Shown here: positions 30,999 to 40,151 of the stretch, in pieces
Layout of the letters: each line of letters begins with the position of its first letter
Position numbering within the stretch: the stretch's first letter is position 1
Source: Burkholderiales bacterium
GTDB lineage: Bacteria > Pseudomonadota > Gammaproteobacteria > Burkholderiales > Methylophilaceae
Assembly (NCBI GenBank): GCA_030827595.1
Contig: JAURED010000003.1
Coordinates: 29,985-93,984, forward strand
Length of the DNA: 64,000 bases
Reading direction: 5' to 3'
Position numbers and translations under genes: made by a program
The notes under the pieces: model-generated
The model's input: the letters and a program-made list of their open reading frames with translations, nothing else
The model's database searches: none
What the model was told of the DNA's origin: nothing

Positions 30999-32344
30999 GT
31001 TTTTTTAGTGTCCTTTACTTCTCCAAGAATTCTGCCTAAATGGAGATGAATATCAATTGTGTCGTTAAGTTGAACATCAGAAAAGTTCTTAATTACTTTG
31101 CCGTTATTATAAACAATAGAATAACCCTTAGCCATAATGTTTTTGGGGCTGAGGATTTCTATCTTCTCATGTTGAGATTTAAGTTGGGTTTGTTTTTCAT
31201 TAAAATATTTTTTTAAATTAAGCTGCAATGATTTTAAAAACCTTATTAATTGCAATTCATTTTGCTTAAGAATCTTTGTTGGTGGCTGTATTCTTTTTTG
31301 AAGCGTAACAATCTGTTTTTGAATATCTATTAATTTGATATTTATTTTGTGTTTTAATAATTTTGATATTTTTGTGAGATTATTTGTATGGTAGATAAGT
31401 TTTTCTTTAGGGGATATCAGCCTTTTTTCTAAAAAATCTAATTTCTGTTCGTTATTAGACATTATATTTTTTAAAATCTTTTTCATGGCTAATCTATAAT
31501 AAGTAATATATTCATCAATTTTTCCTATATTCTCTACAGCCATTGCGGCTGCTCCAGTTGGTGTGGGAGCTCTGACATCAGCAACAAAATCACAAAGTGT
31601 GAAATCAGTTTCATGACCAACACCAGATATTACAGGCAATTTTGATTTAGCTATTTCAAATACGAGCTCTTCCTCATTAAAGGGCCATAAGTCTTCAATG
31701 GATCCGCCGCCTCTGCAAAGAATAATGAGATCAACCTCATTTCTTTGATTGGCTACCTGTAATGCTTTGCATAATTGTTTAGCAGCTTCTTTTCCTTGAA
31801 CGGCAGATGGGTAAATTATGACACCATGATATTTACGAGTTTTTTCAAAAATTGAAAGAACGTCTTGAAGCGCTGCGCCTGTTGATGATGAAATTATTCC
31901 GATATTTTTGGGAAATAGGGGTATTTTCTTTTTATTTATATCTTTAAAATATCCTGCATTTTCAAGTTTATTTTTTAACTCAACAAATTTTTCAAAAAGA
32001 TCCCCAGTTCCTGCTTCTCTTAATTGCTCTAAGTTGATTTGATAATCACCCCTTGCTTCATAAATTGATACAGAACCAAATGCTTCAATTAGGTCCCCAT
32101 TTTTTGGTTTGATAGATGCAAACTGATTATGACCCCTAAACATAGTGCATTTGATTTGGGCTTGAGAATCTTTTAATGAAAAGTACCAGTGACCGGATGT
32201 TGCTTCAGTAAAATTTGATACCTCCCCACTAATCCAAAGCTTGGGAAGATGAGATTGAAGTAAATTCTTTGCAAGGCGATTGATTTCTGAGATTTTAAAA
32301 ATCTTTTCAGGACTAATTTTATCTGGTTCGTTTACTAGCGACAC
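30995..32344 (-). CDS. xseA: Exodeoxyribonuclease VII large subunit
   Basis: GEVSNF...SGHWYFSLKD, RGGGSIEDLW.FN, GVGHETD, RAPTPT. Confidence 0.96.
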   Translation of the reverse strand: MSLVNEPDKISPEKIFKISEINRLAKNLLQSHLPKLWISGEVSNFTEATSGHWYFSLKDSQAQIKCTMFRGHNQFASIKPKNGDLIEAFGSVSIYEARGDYQINLEQLREAGTGDLFEKFVELKNKLENAGYFKDINKKKIPLFPKNIGIISSSTGAALQDVLSIFEKTRKYHGVIIYPSAVQGKEAAKQLCKALQVANQRNEVDLIILCRGGGSIEDLWPFNEEELVFEIAKSKLPVISGVGHETDFTLCDFVADVRAPTPTGAAAMAVENIGKIDEYITYYRLAMKKILKNIMSNNEQKLDFLEKRLISPKEKLIYHTNNLTKISKLLKHKINIKLIDIQKQIVTLQKRIQPPTKILKQNELQLIRFLKSLQLNLKKYFNEKQTQLKSQHEKIEILSPKNIMAKGYSIVYNNGKVIKNFSDVQLNDTIDIHLHLGRILGEVKDTKKT

Positions 32345-32410
32345 AATTTTTTAATAATTGGATGGTTTATCGTAGAATACATATATATAAACTATAAAGT
32401 ACAAGCTGTT

Positions 32411-32896
32411 ATGAAAAATATTTTCATGGACCATCTTAAATTAATTTCGGGAGTTATCAGTATACTCCTTGTAATATTAAGTGTAATTATTCAAGAAAAT
32501 TTTAATCTTGAACCCTGTCCGTTATGTATTACTCAAAGAGTTATCTTCCTAGCTTCAGGCATAACATTTCTTTTATTTTATTTTAAACCAATCAATAAAA
32601 TTTTAGAGTTATTGGTTTTAGGAATTATAAATCTTACAGGATTGATATTTGCTTTTAGGCATGTATTAATTCAAAGAAAAGTTATAAATGTTCCTGCTGA
32701 ATGTGGAATTGACCTTGAATATATGTTTGATAATTTTCCACTGAGAGAGGTCTTTGAGCTTATTTTTCGTGGCACGGGAGACTGTTCAGAAATTGATTGG
32801 AGTTTTTTAGGATTAACGATTCCGGAATGGTCGGCAATTTGGTTTTTAATTTTAATGGCTATGACTTTTACAAATTATAAGAGAAATTCACAGTGA
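32411..32896 (+). CDS. dsbB: Disulfide bond formation protein B
   Basis: LEPCPLCITQR plus a second Cys pair (ECG...GDC). Confidence 0.92.
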   Translation: MKNIFMDHLKLISGVISILLVILSVIIQENFNLEPCPLCITQRVIFLASGITFLLFYFKPINKILELLVLGIINLTGLIFAFRHVLIQRKVINVPAECGIDLEYMFDNFPLREVFELIFRGTGDCSEIDWSFLGLTIPEWSAIWFLILMAMTFTNYKRNSQ

Positions 32897-33792
32897 GTAA
32901 CCAATTTAATTATTTAGAAAATTTAATAGGTAATACCCCTCTGGTACAGCTTAAAAGATTAGTAGAGCCTCATTGCGGTACTGTTCTTTTGAAGCTTGAG
33001 GGTAACAACCCAGCTGGATCCGTAAAGGATAGACCAGCAATGTCAATGATAGTAAATGCACAAAAAAAGGGAATGATAAAGCCTGGTGATACTTTAATTG
33101 AAGCAACATCGGGAAATACTGGAATTGCCCTTGCAATGGCTGCCGCAGTTATGGGATACAAAATGATTCTGGTTATGCCTGAAAATCAATCAATAGAGAG
33201 ACGACAGACCATGTTGGCTTATGGGGCTGAATTAATTCTTACCAGCAAAGAGGGGAGCATGGAGCTAGCAAGAGATACAGCCGAGAAACTTCAAGCTGAG
33301 GGAAGGGGAATTATTTTAGATCAATTTGCGAACTCAGATAATCCGAGAGCTCATTATGAGGGAACGGGTCCTGAAATTTGGAAAGATACAAAACACAAAG
33401 TTACTCATTTTGTTTCAAGCATGGGCACAACAGGAACTATTGTTGGCACATCAAAATTTTTAAAAGAACAAAATCAAGATATCCAAATTATTGGCGTTCA
33501 ACCAGAGGAGGGCTCTCAGATTCCAGGAATAAGAAAATGGCCCATTGAATACATACCAAAAATTTTTACTGAAGAAAATATTGATAAAATTATGTATGTT
33601 TCTCAGGAACATGCCGAACAAACTGCCAGAGATTTGGCCAGATTTGAGGGAATTTTCTCTGGTTCATCTACTGGGGGTGCACTTTATGTTGCTCTCATGT
33701 TGGCTAAAAAAAATCCTGATGCAATTATTGTTTCAATAGCATGTGATCGGGGGGATCGTTATCTTTCCACGGGCCTATATCCAAGTTCATGA
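32893..33792 (+). CDS. cysM: Cysteine synthase B
   Basis: KLEGNNPAGSVKDR, EATSGNTG, SMGTTGT, CDRGDRYLS. Confidence 0.95.
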   Translation: MSNQFNYLENLIGNTPLVQLKRLVEPHCGTVLLKLEGNNPAGSVKDRPAMSMIVNAQKKGMIKPGDTLIEATSGNTGIALAMAAAVMGYKMILVMPENQSIERRQTMLAYGAELILTSKEGSMELARDTAEKLQAEGRGIILDQFANSDNPRAHYEGTGPEIWKDTKHKVTHFVSSMGTTGTIVGTSKFLKEQNQDIQIIGVQPEEGSQIPGIRKWPIEYIPKIFTEENIDKIMYVSQEHAEQTARDLARFEGIFSGSSTGGALYVALMLAKKNPDAIIVSIACDRGDRYLSTGLYPSS

Positions 33793-34580
33793 TTTTGCCA
33801 ACGACGCTTGTATTTGATACGGAAACAATTCCTGATGTTGAGGGTTTGAGGAAAACTCTTCATATTTCTGAAAATTTCAATGATAACGACGTAGTTTCAA
33901 TAGCTAATTACCATTATCGTCAAAAAAAAGGTTCAGATTTTCTTCCTCTGCAATTTCAAAAAATTATTGCTATTTCATGTGTCCTTAAACAAGGCAGTAA
34001 TTTTGAGATATGGTCTATTGGTAACTCAGAAAGCAATGAGAAGGAGTTATTAGAACGTTTTTTTGATGGATTGAATCGATTTATGCCTACCTTAGTTAGC
34101 TGGAATGGCTCTGGATTTGATCTTCCGGTAATTAATTATCGAGCTTTAATTAATCAAGTCAGCGGCGGGATCTACCTTGATCAAGGTGAGATAAATAATG
34201 ATTTTAAATATAACAATTACATTAATCGATATCATGCGAGACATCTTGATGTTATGGATTTTTTAGCTCTATTTGGTGGTCGAGCAAATGCTTCTTTGAA
34301 TGACATTGCCAAGCTATGTAATTTCCCGGGTAAATTAGATATGGATGGTTCAGATGTTTTTTTCAATTACCAACAAGGTAAGATTGACGAAATTAGAGCT
34401 TATTGTGAAACAGATGTTCTAAATACTTATCTTATTTTCCTCAGGTTATGTTTAATTAGAGACCAATTAACTCAAGAAGAGTACGAGTCTGAGATTGAAA
34501 AAGTTAAATTAAAAATTAGCAGTTCAAATCACAATCATTTGCAAGAATTTAAGATGGCTTGGGAAAAAAATGAGCGATGA
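33789..34580 (+). CDS. PolB-related 3'-5' exonuclease
   Basis: VFDTETIPD, SWNGSGFDLP, YCETDV; in the common cysM-exonuclease-rlmD arrangement. Confidence 0.85.
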   Translation: MILPTTLVFDTETIPDVEGLRKTLHISENFNDNDVVSIANYHYRQKKGSDFLPLQFQKIIAISCVLKQGSNFEIWSIGNSESNEKELLERFFDGLNRFMPTLVSWNGSGFDLPVINYRALINQVSGGIYLDQGEINNDFKYNNYINRYHARHLDVMDFLALFGGRANASLNDIAKLCNFPGKLDMDGSDVFFNYQQGKIDEIRAYCETDVLNTYLIFLRLCLIRDQLTQEEYESEIEKVKLKISSSNHNHLQEFKMAWEKNER

Positions 34581-35883
34581 ACTTCTAGAGATTATTGATA
34601 TTGATCAGGACGGAAGGGGTGTTGCAAAAAATCAAGATAAAACTTTTTTTATTCACAATGCTTTAATTGGTGAGAAGGTTGAAATTAATGTTTTAAAAAA
34701 GAAAAAAAATATTTACTATGCAGCTGCAATTAAAATCACTAATGCTTCTCCAGACCGTACAGACCCAGCTTGCAAACATTACACTCAATGTGGCGGTTGT
34801 TCAATGCAGCATTTTTCAAATAATGCTCAGATAAATTTCAAGCACCAAGCTTTTTTTAAAACCTTAGAACATGTAGGTAAAGTTAAACCAGAAATAGTTT
34901 TTGAGCCAGTTTCCTTGGGTTTTTTAAATTACAGACATAAAGCTAGATTAAGGGCCAAATTCGTAGAAAAAAAAGATAAAGTTTTGGTAGGATTTAATGA
35001 GCGATTGACGCATTTTTTAACAGATATGGATCAGTGCCCTATATTGCCAGAGAGAATTTCAAAATCCATAAAGCCACTAAAAGATCTACTAAAAAATTTA
35101 TCTGTCTTTAATAAAATTCCTCAAATTGAGTATGCTTCAAATCAAAAAAGAGATATTTTTATTTTTAGAATTCTTGACCAACTTACAAAGGATGATATAA
35201 ATAAATTTGAGCAATTTCAGTCTGATTTTAATATTGAAGTGTGGGTTCAAGAAAAAGGACCTGAGACTGCTAAACCGCTATTTCATAATCAACAAGAGAA
35301 AAAAATAAGCTATCGATTAAATGAATTTAATTTAAATATTGAATTTGATCCAACTGGTTTTATTCAAATTAACCCATTTATTAATGAGCTTATGATTGCC
35401 AAGGCAATTAAATTGCTTGATCTTAACTCAGAGGACATTGTTTCTGATTTTTTTTCAGGACTTGGAAACTTCACACTTCCTATAGCAAAGTTTGCTAATC
35501 GGGTTGAGGGTGTTGAGGGAAGTGAGCAGCTGGTCAAGATGGGTGAAGTAAATGCAAAGCTTAATGGATTAAATAATACTCAGTTCTCATACCAGAACTT
35601 ATTTGAACTTGATAACAAATATTTAGAAAGGCATAAGCAATCAAACAAATGGCTCATTGATCCTCCTCGAGACGGTGCAATGCAATTAATTCAATTGATT
35701 TCACCTGATACTTCTCAGCCTAATAAAATTGTTTACATTTCCTGTAATCCAGCAACTTTTGCAAGAGATGCAAATATTTTAGTTTATGAAAAAGGATATA
35801 AGTTTAAAGGGTCTGGTATATTAAATATGTTTCCAAACACTTCACATATTGAATCCATTTCAGTGTTTGAATATGACAAATAA
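34570..35883 (+). CDS. rlmD: 23S rRNA m5U1939 methyltransferase
   Basis: TRAM domain, CKHYTQCGGC Fe-S motif, DPPR, YISCNPAT, MFPNTSHIES. Confidence 0.93.
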   Translation: MSDELLEIIDIDQDGRGVAKNQDKTFFIHNALIGEKVEINVLKKKKNIYYAAAIKITNASPDRTDPACKHYTQCGGCSMQHFSNNAQINFKHQAFFKTLEHVGKVKPEIVFEPVSLGFLNYRHKARLRAKFVEKKDKVLVGFNERLTHFLTDMDQCPILPERISKSIKPLKDLLKNLSVFNKIPQIEYASNQKRDIFIFRILDQLTKDDINKFEQFQSDFNIEVWVQEKGPETAKPLFHNQQEKKISYRLNEFNLNIEFDPTGFIQINPFINELMIAKAIKLLDLNSEDIVSDFFSGLGNFTLPIAKFANRVEGVEGSEQLVKMGEVNAKLNGLNNTQFSYQNLFELDNKYLERHKQSNKWLIDPPRDGAMQLIQLISPDTSQPNKIVYISCNPATFARDANILVYEKGYKFKGSGILNMFPNTSHIESISVFEYDK

Positions 35884-37300
35884 ATTTTTTATCTTTTTAA
35901 TTTTTTCGTTATTTTCAGTAGTTGGATATTCAGAAATATTAAATTTTGGGATAGCACAAAATCCTCAGAATCTTCACCCTCATTTAAACCGTGATGCTGC
36001 TTCAGAAAAAATTGTTGACTTGGTATACGAGAAAATTTTTGTTTTAGATTTTGCATTTAACCTAACATCAGATTTTATCGAATATAAGAAAATTAACGAT
36101 AAAAGATATCTTTTAAAAATTAAGCAATTTAATAAATTTTTTTCCAATGGACAAAAATTAACGGAAAAAGATATCTTGTTTAGCATTCAATCTAATATTG
36201 ATAATCCTTTATCAAAGTTTCACGAGGACTTAAAGAGTATTGAATCAATTCAATTATCAAAAAATAACATTCTGATTAAACTTAAAAATAATGACCCATA
36301 TTTTCTATACAAACTTTGCCTTCCCATCATTCCTTTTAATATTAAAGAATTGGGGGTTGATTTATCATTAACATCTGTAGGATCAGGAAATTTTAAAATC
36401 TTAGAAACAAAACCTAATGTGTTGTTAGAAAGAGTAGATGGTTTGATGGTGAAGTTTATTGAAATTAAAGATCCTTCAGTAAGGGCGTTAAAGATTATAA
36501 ATCGAGAGATTGATTTATTACAAAATGATCTTCCATTGCCAATTATAAAATTGCTCCAAAACAAAAGAGGAATTTATACGGAAACAAAATCAGGAAGTAA
36601 TGTTTCTTACATTGGATTTAATCATCAAGATCATTTAGTAAAAGATAAAGCGATCAGAAAAGCTATTGCTCATGCAATAAACCAAAAGGAAATTATTCAG
36701 TATTTCTTTAATGAACAAACTAATTTAGCAAACCAACTTTTTACCAAGGAGCATTGGGCATATACAGAATTAAAAAATTTCGATTTTAATCCTCAGTTAA
36801 GTAAACAAATTTTAGTTGAGGCGGGCTATCAACTCCCTATAAATTTAGAACTAAAGACATCAACAGATTCTTTTAGAATAAAAATAGCCACTATCATTCA
36901 ATCACAATTAAAACAGGTGGGCATTAATTTAAAAATCAAAAGTCTTGATTGGAGTACTTTTTATAAAGATATTCAAAACGGAGACTTTCAAATATATTCT
37001 TTAAGCTGGGTTGGATTAAAATCTCCAGAAATATATAAACAAATTTTCTTTTCTAAAATGACTCCACCTTTTGGATTAAATCGTGGATTTTATAACAGCT
37101 TAGAGATGGACAATTTAATTGATGATGCACTAGAAAAAAATAATTGGCAAAAAGTTGTTGCGCTGATTCATGAGGATATTTTAATGTTACCTTTATGGTT
37201 TGAGGGAAATTTTATGGCAACGCTCCCCTCAATTAGTAATTATCGTTTATATCTTGATGGAAGTTGGACTGATTTAAATCATATAAGAAAAAATGATTAA
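35873..37300 (+). CDS. Family-5 (peptide/nickel) ABC substrate-binding protein
   Basis: Probable start ATG 35873 gives a signal peptide (MTNKFFIFLIFSLFSVVGYS). F.NG..LT..D..FS, VGSG.F, VKDKAIRKAIAHAIN, NRGFY motifs. Confidence 0.85.
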   Translation: MTNKFFIFLIFSLFSVVGYSEILNFGIAQNPQNLHPHLNRDAASEKIVDLVYEKIFVLDFAFNLTSDFIEYKKINDKRYLLKIKQFNKFFSNGQKLTEKDILFSIQSNIDNPLSKFHEDLKSIESIQLSKNNILIKLKNNDPYFLYKLCLPIIPFNIKELGVDLSLTSVGSGNFKILETKPNVLLERVDGLMVKFIEIKDPSVRALKIINREIDLLQNDLPLPIIKLLQNKRGIYTETKSGSNVSYIGFNHQDHLVKDKAIRKAIAHAINQKEIIQYFFNEQTNLANQLFTKEHWAYTELKNFDFNPQLSKQILVEAGYQLPINLELKTSTDSFRIKIATIIQSQLKQVGINLKIKSLDWSTFYKDIQNGDFQIYSLSWVGLKSPEIYKQIFFSKMTPPFGLNRGFYNSLEMDNLIDDALEKNNWQKVVALIHEDILMLPLWFEGNFMATLPSISNYRLYLDGSWTDLNHIRKND

Positions 37301-37760
37301 CATTTTTATTCAAAATCAAACTCTTGAACATATTGGAAAAAATGGCCTCTCAACTATCTTTTCAATTTCTTCATCAGGTCGTGGGTTAGGACAAATTAAG
37401 GGTAGTTATTGTACCCCTCTCGGTGAACATATTGTTCGTGCCAAAATTGGAACTGATGTTCCCAAATATGGAATTTTTAAAGCAAGACGATGGACAGGCG
37501 ATGTTTGGAATAAAGATAAACATTATGATTCGAATGATTTAATTCTTTCAAGAATATTATGGCTATCTGGAACACAGCTTGGATTTAATCGACTCGGAAA
37601 TGTTGATACGATGCAAAGATTTATTTACATTCATGGAACACATGAAGAGGAAAAAATTGGTCAACCTGCATCTCATGGGTGCATTCGAATGCTGAATGAT
37701 GATGTCATTAGTTTATTCCAGCTTGTATCTATAGGCGAGAGGGTATTAATTAATGAATAG
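37293..37760 (+). CDS. YkuD-domain (L,D-transpeptidase family) protein without a signal peptide
   Basis: TPLG.H and IYIHGT...ASHGCIRM catalytic motif; 155 aa; no hydrophobic leader. Confidence 0.88.
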   Translation: MINIFIQNQTLEHIGKNGLSTIFSISSSGRGLGQIKGSYCTPLGEHIVRAKIGTDVPKYGIFKARRWTGDVWNKDKHYDSNDLILSRILWLSGTQLGFNRLGNVDTMQRFIYIHGTHEEEKIGQPASHGCIRMLNDDVISLFQLVSIGERVLINE

Positions 37761-38679
37761 TTATTGGCTAAAAGTAATTTTCCATTACATATTTTTAATA
37801 TTTTCTGTTTATTTGATAACTTTTTTTTTAATTCGTCTTGTTCCGGGTGATCCAATTGATTTTCTTGTCGGTCAAAGTAATTTTTCTGCTGATGTAAATC
37901 AAATTAAGGAACATCTTGGGTTAGACTTATCAATATTTGAGCAAGTGGTTAAAGCTTTAAAAAATCTTTTTCAATTAGATTTTGGTCTGTCAATTCATCA
38001 AAATATTGATGTTCTATTTTTACTTAAACCAGCTCTAATAAACACAGCTTTATTGGCAATTTTATCAGTTTCAATGGCAGTCTTTATTGGTATTCCCTTA
38101 GGCCTCTTTATATCGTATTTAAATAGCAGCTTTTTAAACCAGATAACGAAATGTATAAATGCAATTTTAATTGCTATTCCATCATTTATATTAGCTCCGA
38201 TTTTAATTTTATTTTTTGCGATATTTTTAGATTTACTGCCAGTAAGCGGCATGGAAAAACCATCCTCAATATTATTACCAGCAGCGACTTTATCAATAGG
38301 TTTTATTGCATATCTCGTTAAAATGACAATGGATTCTACTGAGGAACTAAAAGATTCTATTCTTATTATCGCTGCAAAATCAAAAGGGTTAAATCTATCC
38401 TATATATATTTTACTCATGTTATAAAATTAATTAGTCTTCCAATTGTTACGGCAATAGGTCTTCAGTTAGGAGGCTTGTTGTCAGGAACTATCATTACTG
38501 AAATGATTTTTAGTTGGAATGGAATAGGTAAACTTCTCATTGATTCAATTCATCAACGTGATTATCCAATCACTCAGGCCACTGTTTTTTTTATAGCAAT
38601 TAGTTATGTAACTATTAATTTTATCCTTGAATTCATATATTTAAAATTAGATCCAAGAATAAAAAATTATCATGAATAA
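37753..38679 (+). CDS. Peptide ABC permease, DppB/OppB-like
   Basis: RLVPGDP, LGLD, AKSKGL (EAA loop), E.IFSWNGIG.L...RDYP. Confidence 0.9.
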   Translation: MNSYWLKVIFHYIFLIFSVYLITFFLIRLVPGDPIDFLVGQSNFSADVNQIKEHLGLDLSIFEQVVKALKNLFQLDFGLSIHQNIDVLFLLKPALINTALLAILSVSMAVFIGIPLGLFISYLNSSFLNQITKCINAILIAIPSFILAPILILFFAIFLDLLPVSGMEKPSSILLPAATLSIGFIAYLVKMTMDSTEELKDSILIIAAKSKGLNLSYIYFTHVIKLISLPIVTAIGLQLGGLLSGTIITEMIFSWNGIGKLLIDSIHQRDYPITQATVFFIAISYVTINFILEFIYLKLDPRIKNYHE

Positions 38680-39451
38680 AATTGGACTAATTTTTCCATC
38701 ACTTTTTTTTATTCTTGTGGTTATGAATAGTTTTTTAGGGTGGGATCCTTATGGAATGAATTTTGATTTAATTTTAAAACCACCAGGCCCTAGTGGATTC
38801 TTTGGCTATGATGATTATGGTCGAGATATCTTGATAAGATTGATTAATGGTTTTTTAGTCTCTTTTGAAATTGTTGTTTTAGCAACATCCATTTCGTTTT
38901 TGATAGGAATTTGTTTAGGTTGTATTGCAGGTTACTTTAGGGGACCTGTTGATCAAATTATTACTAGCGGGATGACTATAATTCAAGCTTTTCCTGGAAT
39001 TCTTTTAATTATTGCATTAGCTGCATTTTTGGAAACGAGTTTTTGGAACATCTTAGTCGCCTTGAGTGTTACAGCTTGGATTGGATTTGCCAGAATAGCA
39101 AGAAGTCAAACTTTATCAATTAGAGAATCTGATTTTGTTAAAGCAGCTATACTGATGGGAGCAGATAGAAATAGAATTATTCTTAAACATATCATCCCTA
39201 ACATCTTGGCACCTTTGTCAGTTGAATTAAATTTTACCATCGCCAATTTAATTGTAGCTGAAGCAGGATTGGCATTTCTTGGTCTAGGTTTGTCTTCGCC
39301 CTTTCCATCTTGGGGCGGAATGCTTAGGGACAGTATTGACTATTTATTAGTAGCACCACATTATGTGATTGTGGTCTCTCTATGTATTATTTTGATGATT
39401 CTATCTTTTAATTTGATCGGCGAAGGTTTAAAAAAATATATCAATGAGTAA
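38672..39451 (+). CDS. Peptide ABC permease, DppC/OppC-like
   Basis: GYDDYGRDIL.R, FVKAA..MGA, HIIPN, EAGLAFLGLG, PSWG.M. Confidence 0.9.
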   Translation: MNKIGLIFPSLFFILVVMNSFLGWDPYGMNFDLILKPPGPSGFFGYDDYGRDILIRLINGFLVSFEIVVLATSISFLIGICLGCIAGYFRGPVDQIITSGMTIIQAFPGILLIIALAAFLETSFWNILVALSVTAWIGFARIARSQTLSIRESDFVKAAILMGADRNRIILKHIIPNILAPLSVELNFTIANLIVAEAGLAFLGLGLSSPFPSWGGMLRDSIDYLLVAPHYVIVVSLCIILMILSFNLIGEGLKKYINE

Positions 39452-40151
39452 ACTCCGTAAAAATTATCGTTACTATGACTTGGTTATGGCGGCATTTGTA
39501 ACGGTACTAATTACAGCGAATATTATTGGACCTGCAAAAATTTCACAACTTGATCTCCCTCTAATTGGAACAATTACCTTTGGAGCTGGAGTTTTATTTT
39601 TTCCTATCTCCTTTATTTTTGGTGACATCTTAACTGAAGTTTATGGGTATAGTGCATCCAGAAGAGTTATATGGACTGGATTTGCTGGATTAGCATTTGC
39701 ATCATTTATGGCATGGATGATAGTGGCTCTTCCTCCTGCACCCTTTTGGGATAATCAAGAGGTTTATGAAATCGCCTTTGGGTCCGCATGGCGAGTGGCG
39801 TTAGCCGGATTAATTGCTTTTGCTGTTGGGGAGTTTGTTAACTCTTGGGTAATGGCTAAGATGAAAATATGGACACAAGGAAAATTCTTGTGGCTAAGAA
39901 CTATTTCTTCAACCATAGCAGGGGAGGGGATAGATTCCATTATTTTTTATCCACTAGCATTTTACAACTCAGGAGTGATTCCAAATGATAAAATTTGGCT
40001 TGTTGTAGTTGCCCAATTCTTTGCAAAAACTTTGGTAGAGGTTGCTTTCACCCCCTTTATCTACAAAATAATAAATTTCCTAAAAACAAAAGAAGGCATT
40101 GATCATTATGATCACAGAACAAATTTCAATCCTTTTACATGGAAACTTTAA
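39444..40151 (+). CDS. yhhQ: Queuosine precursor transporter (YhhQ/VUT family)
   Basis: FPISFIFGDILTEVYGY, RTISST..GE.IDS..F. Confidence 0.88.
   Translation: MSKLRKNYRYYDLVMAAFVTVLITANIIGPAKISQLDLPLIGTITFGAGVLFFPISFIFGDILTEVYGYSASRRVIWTGFAGLAFASFMAWMIVALPPAPFWDNQEVYEIAFGSAWRVALAGLIAFAVGEFVNSWVMAKMKIWTQGKFLWLRTISSTIAGEGIDSIIFYPLAFYNSGVIPNDKIWLVVVAQFFAKTLVEVAFTPFIYKIINFLKTKEGIDHYDHRTNFNPFTWKL

Noticed and set aside
39380-39450. preQ1 riboswitch upstream of yhhQ
   Set aside because: The region is permease coding sequence overlapping the yhhQ start, and I saw no aptamer pattern.
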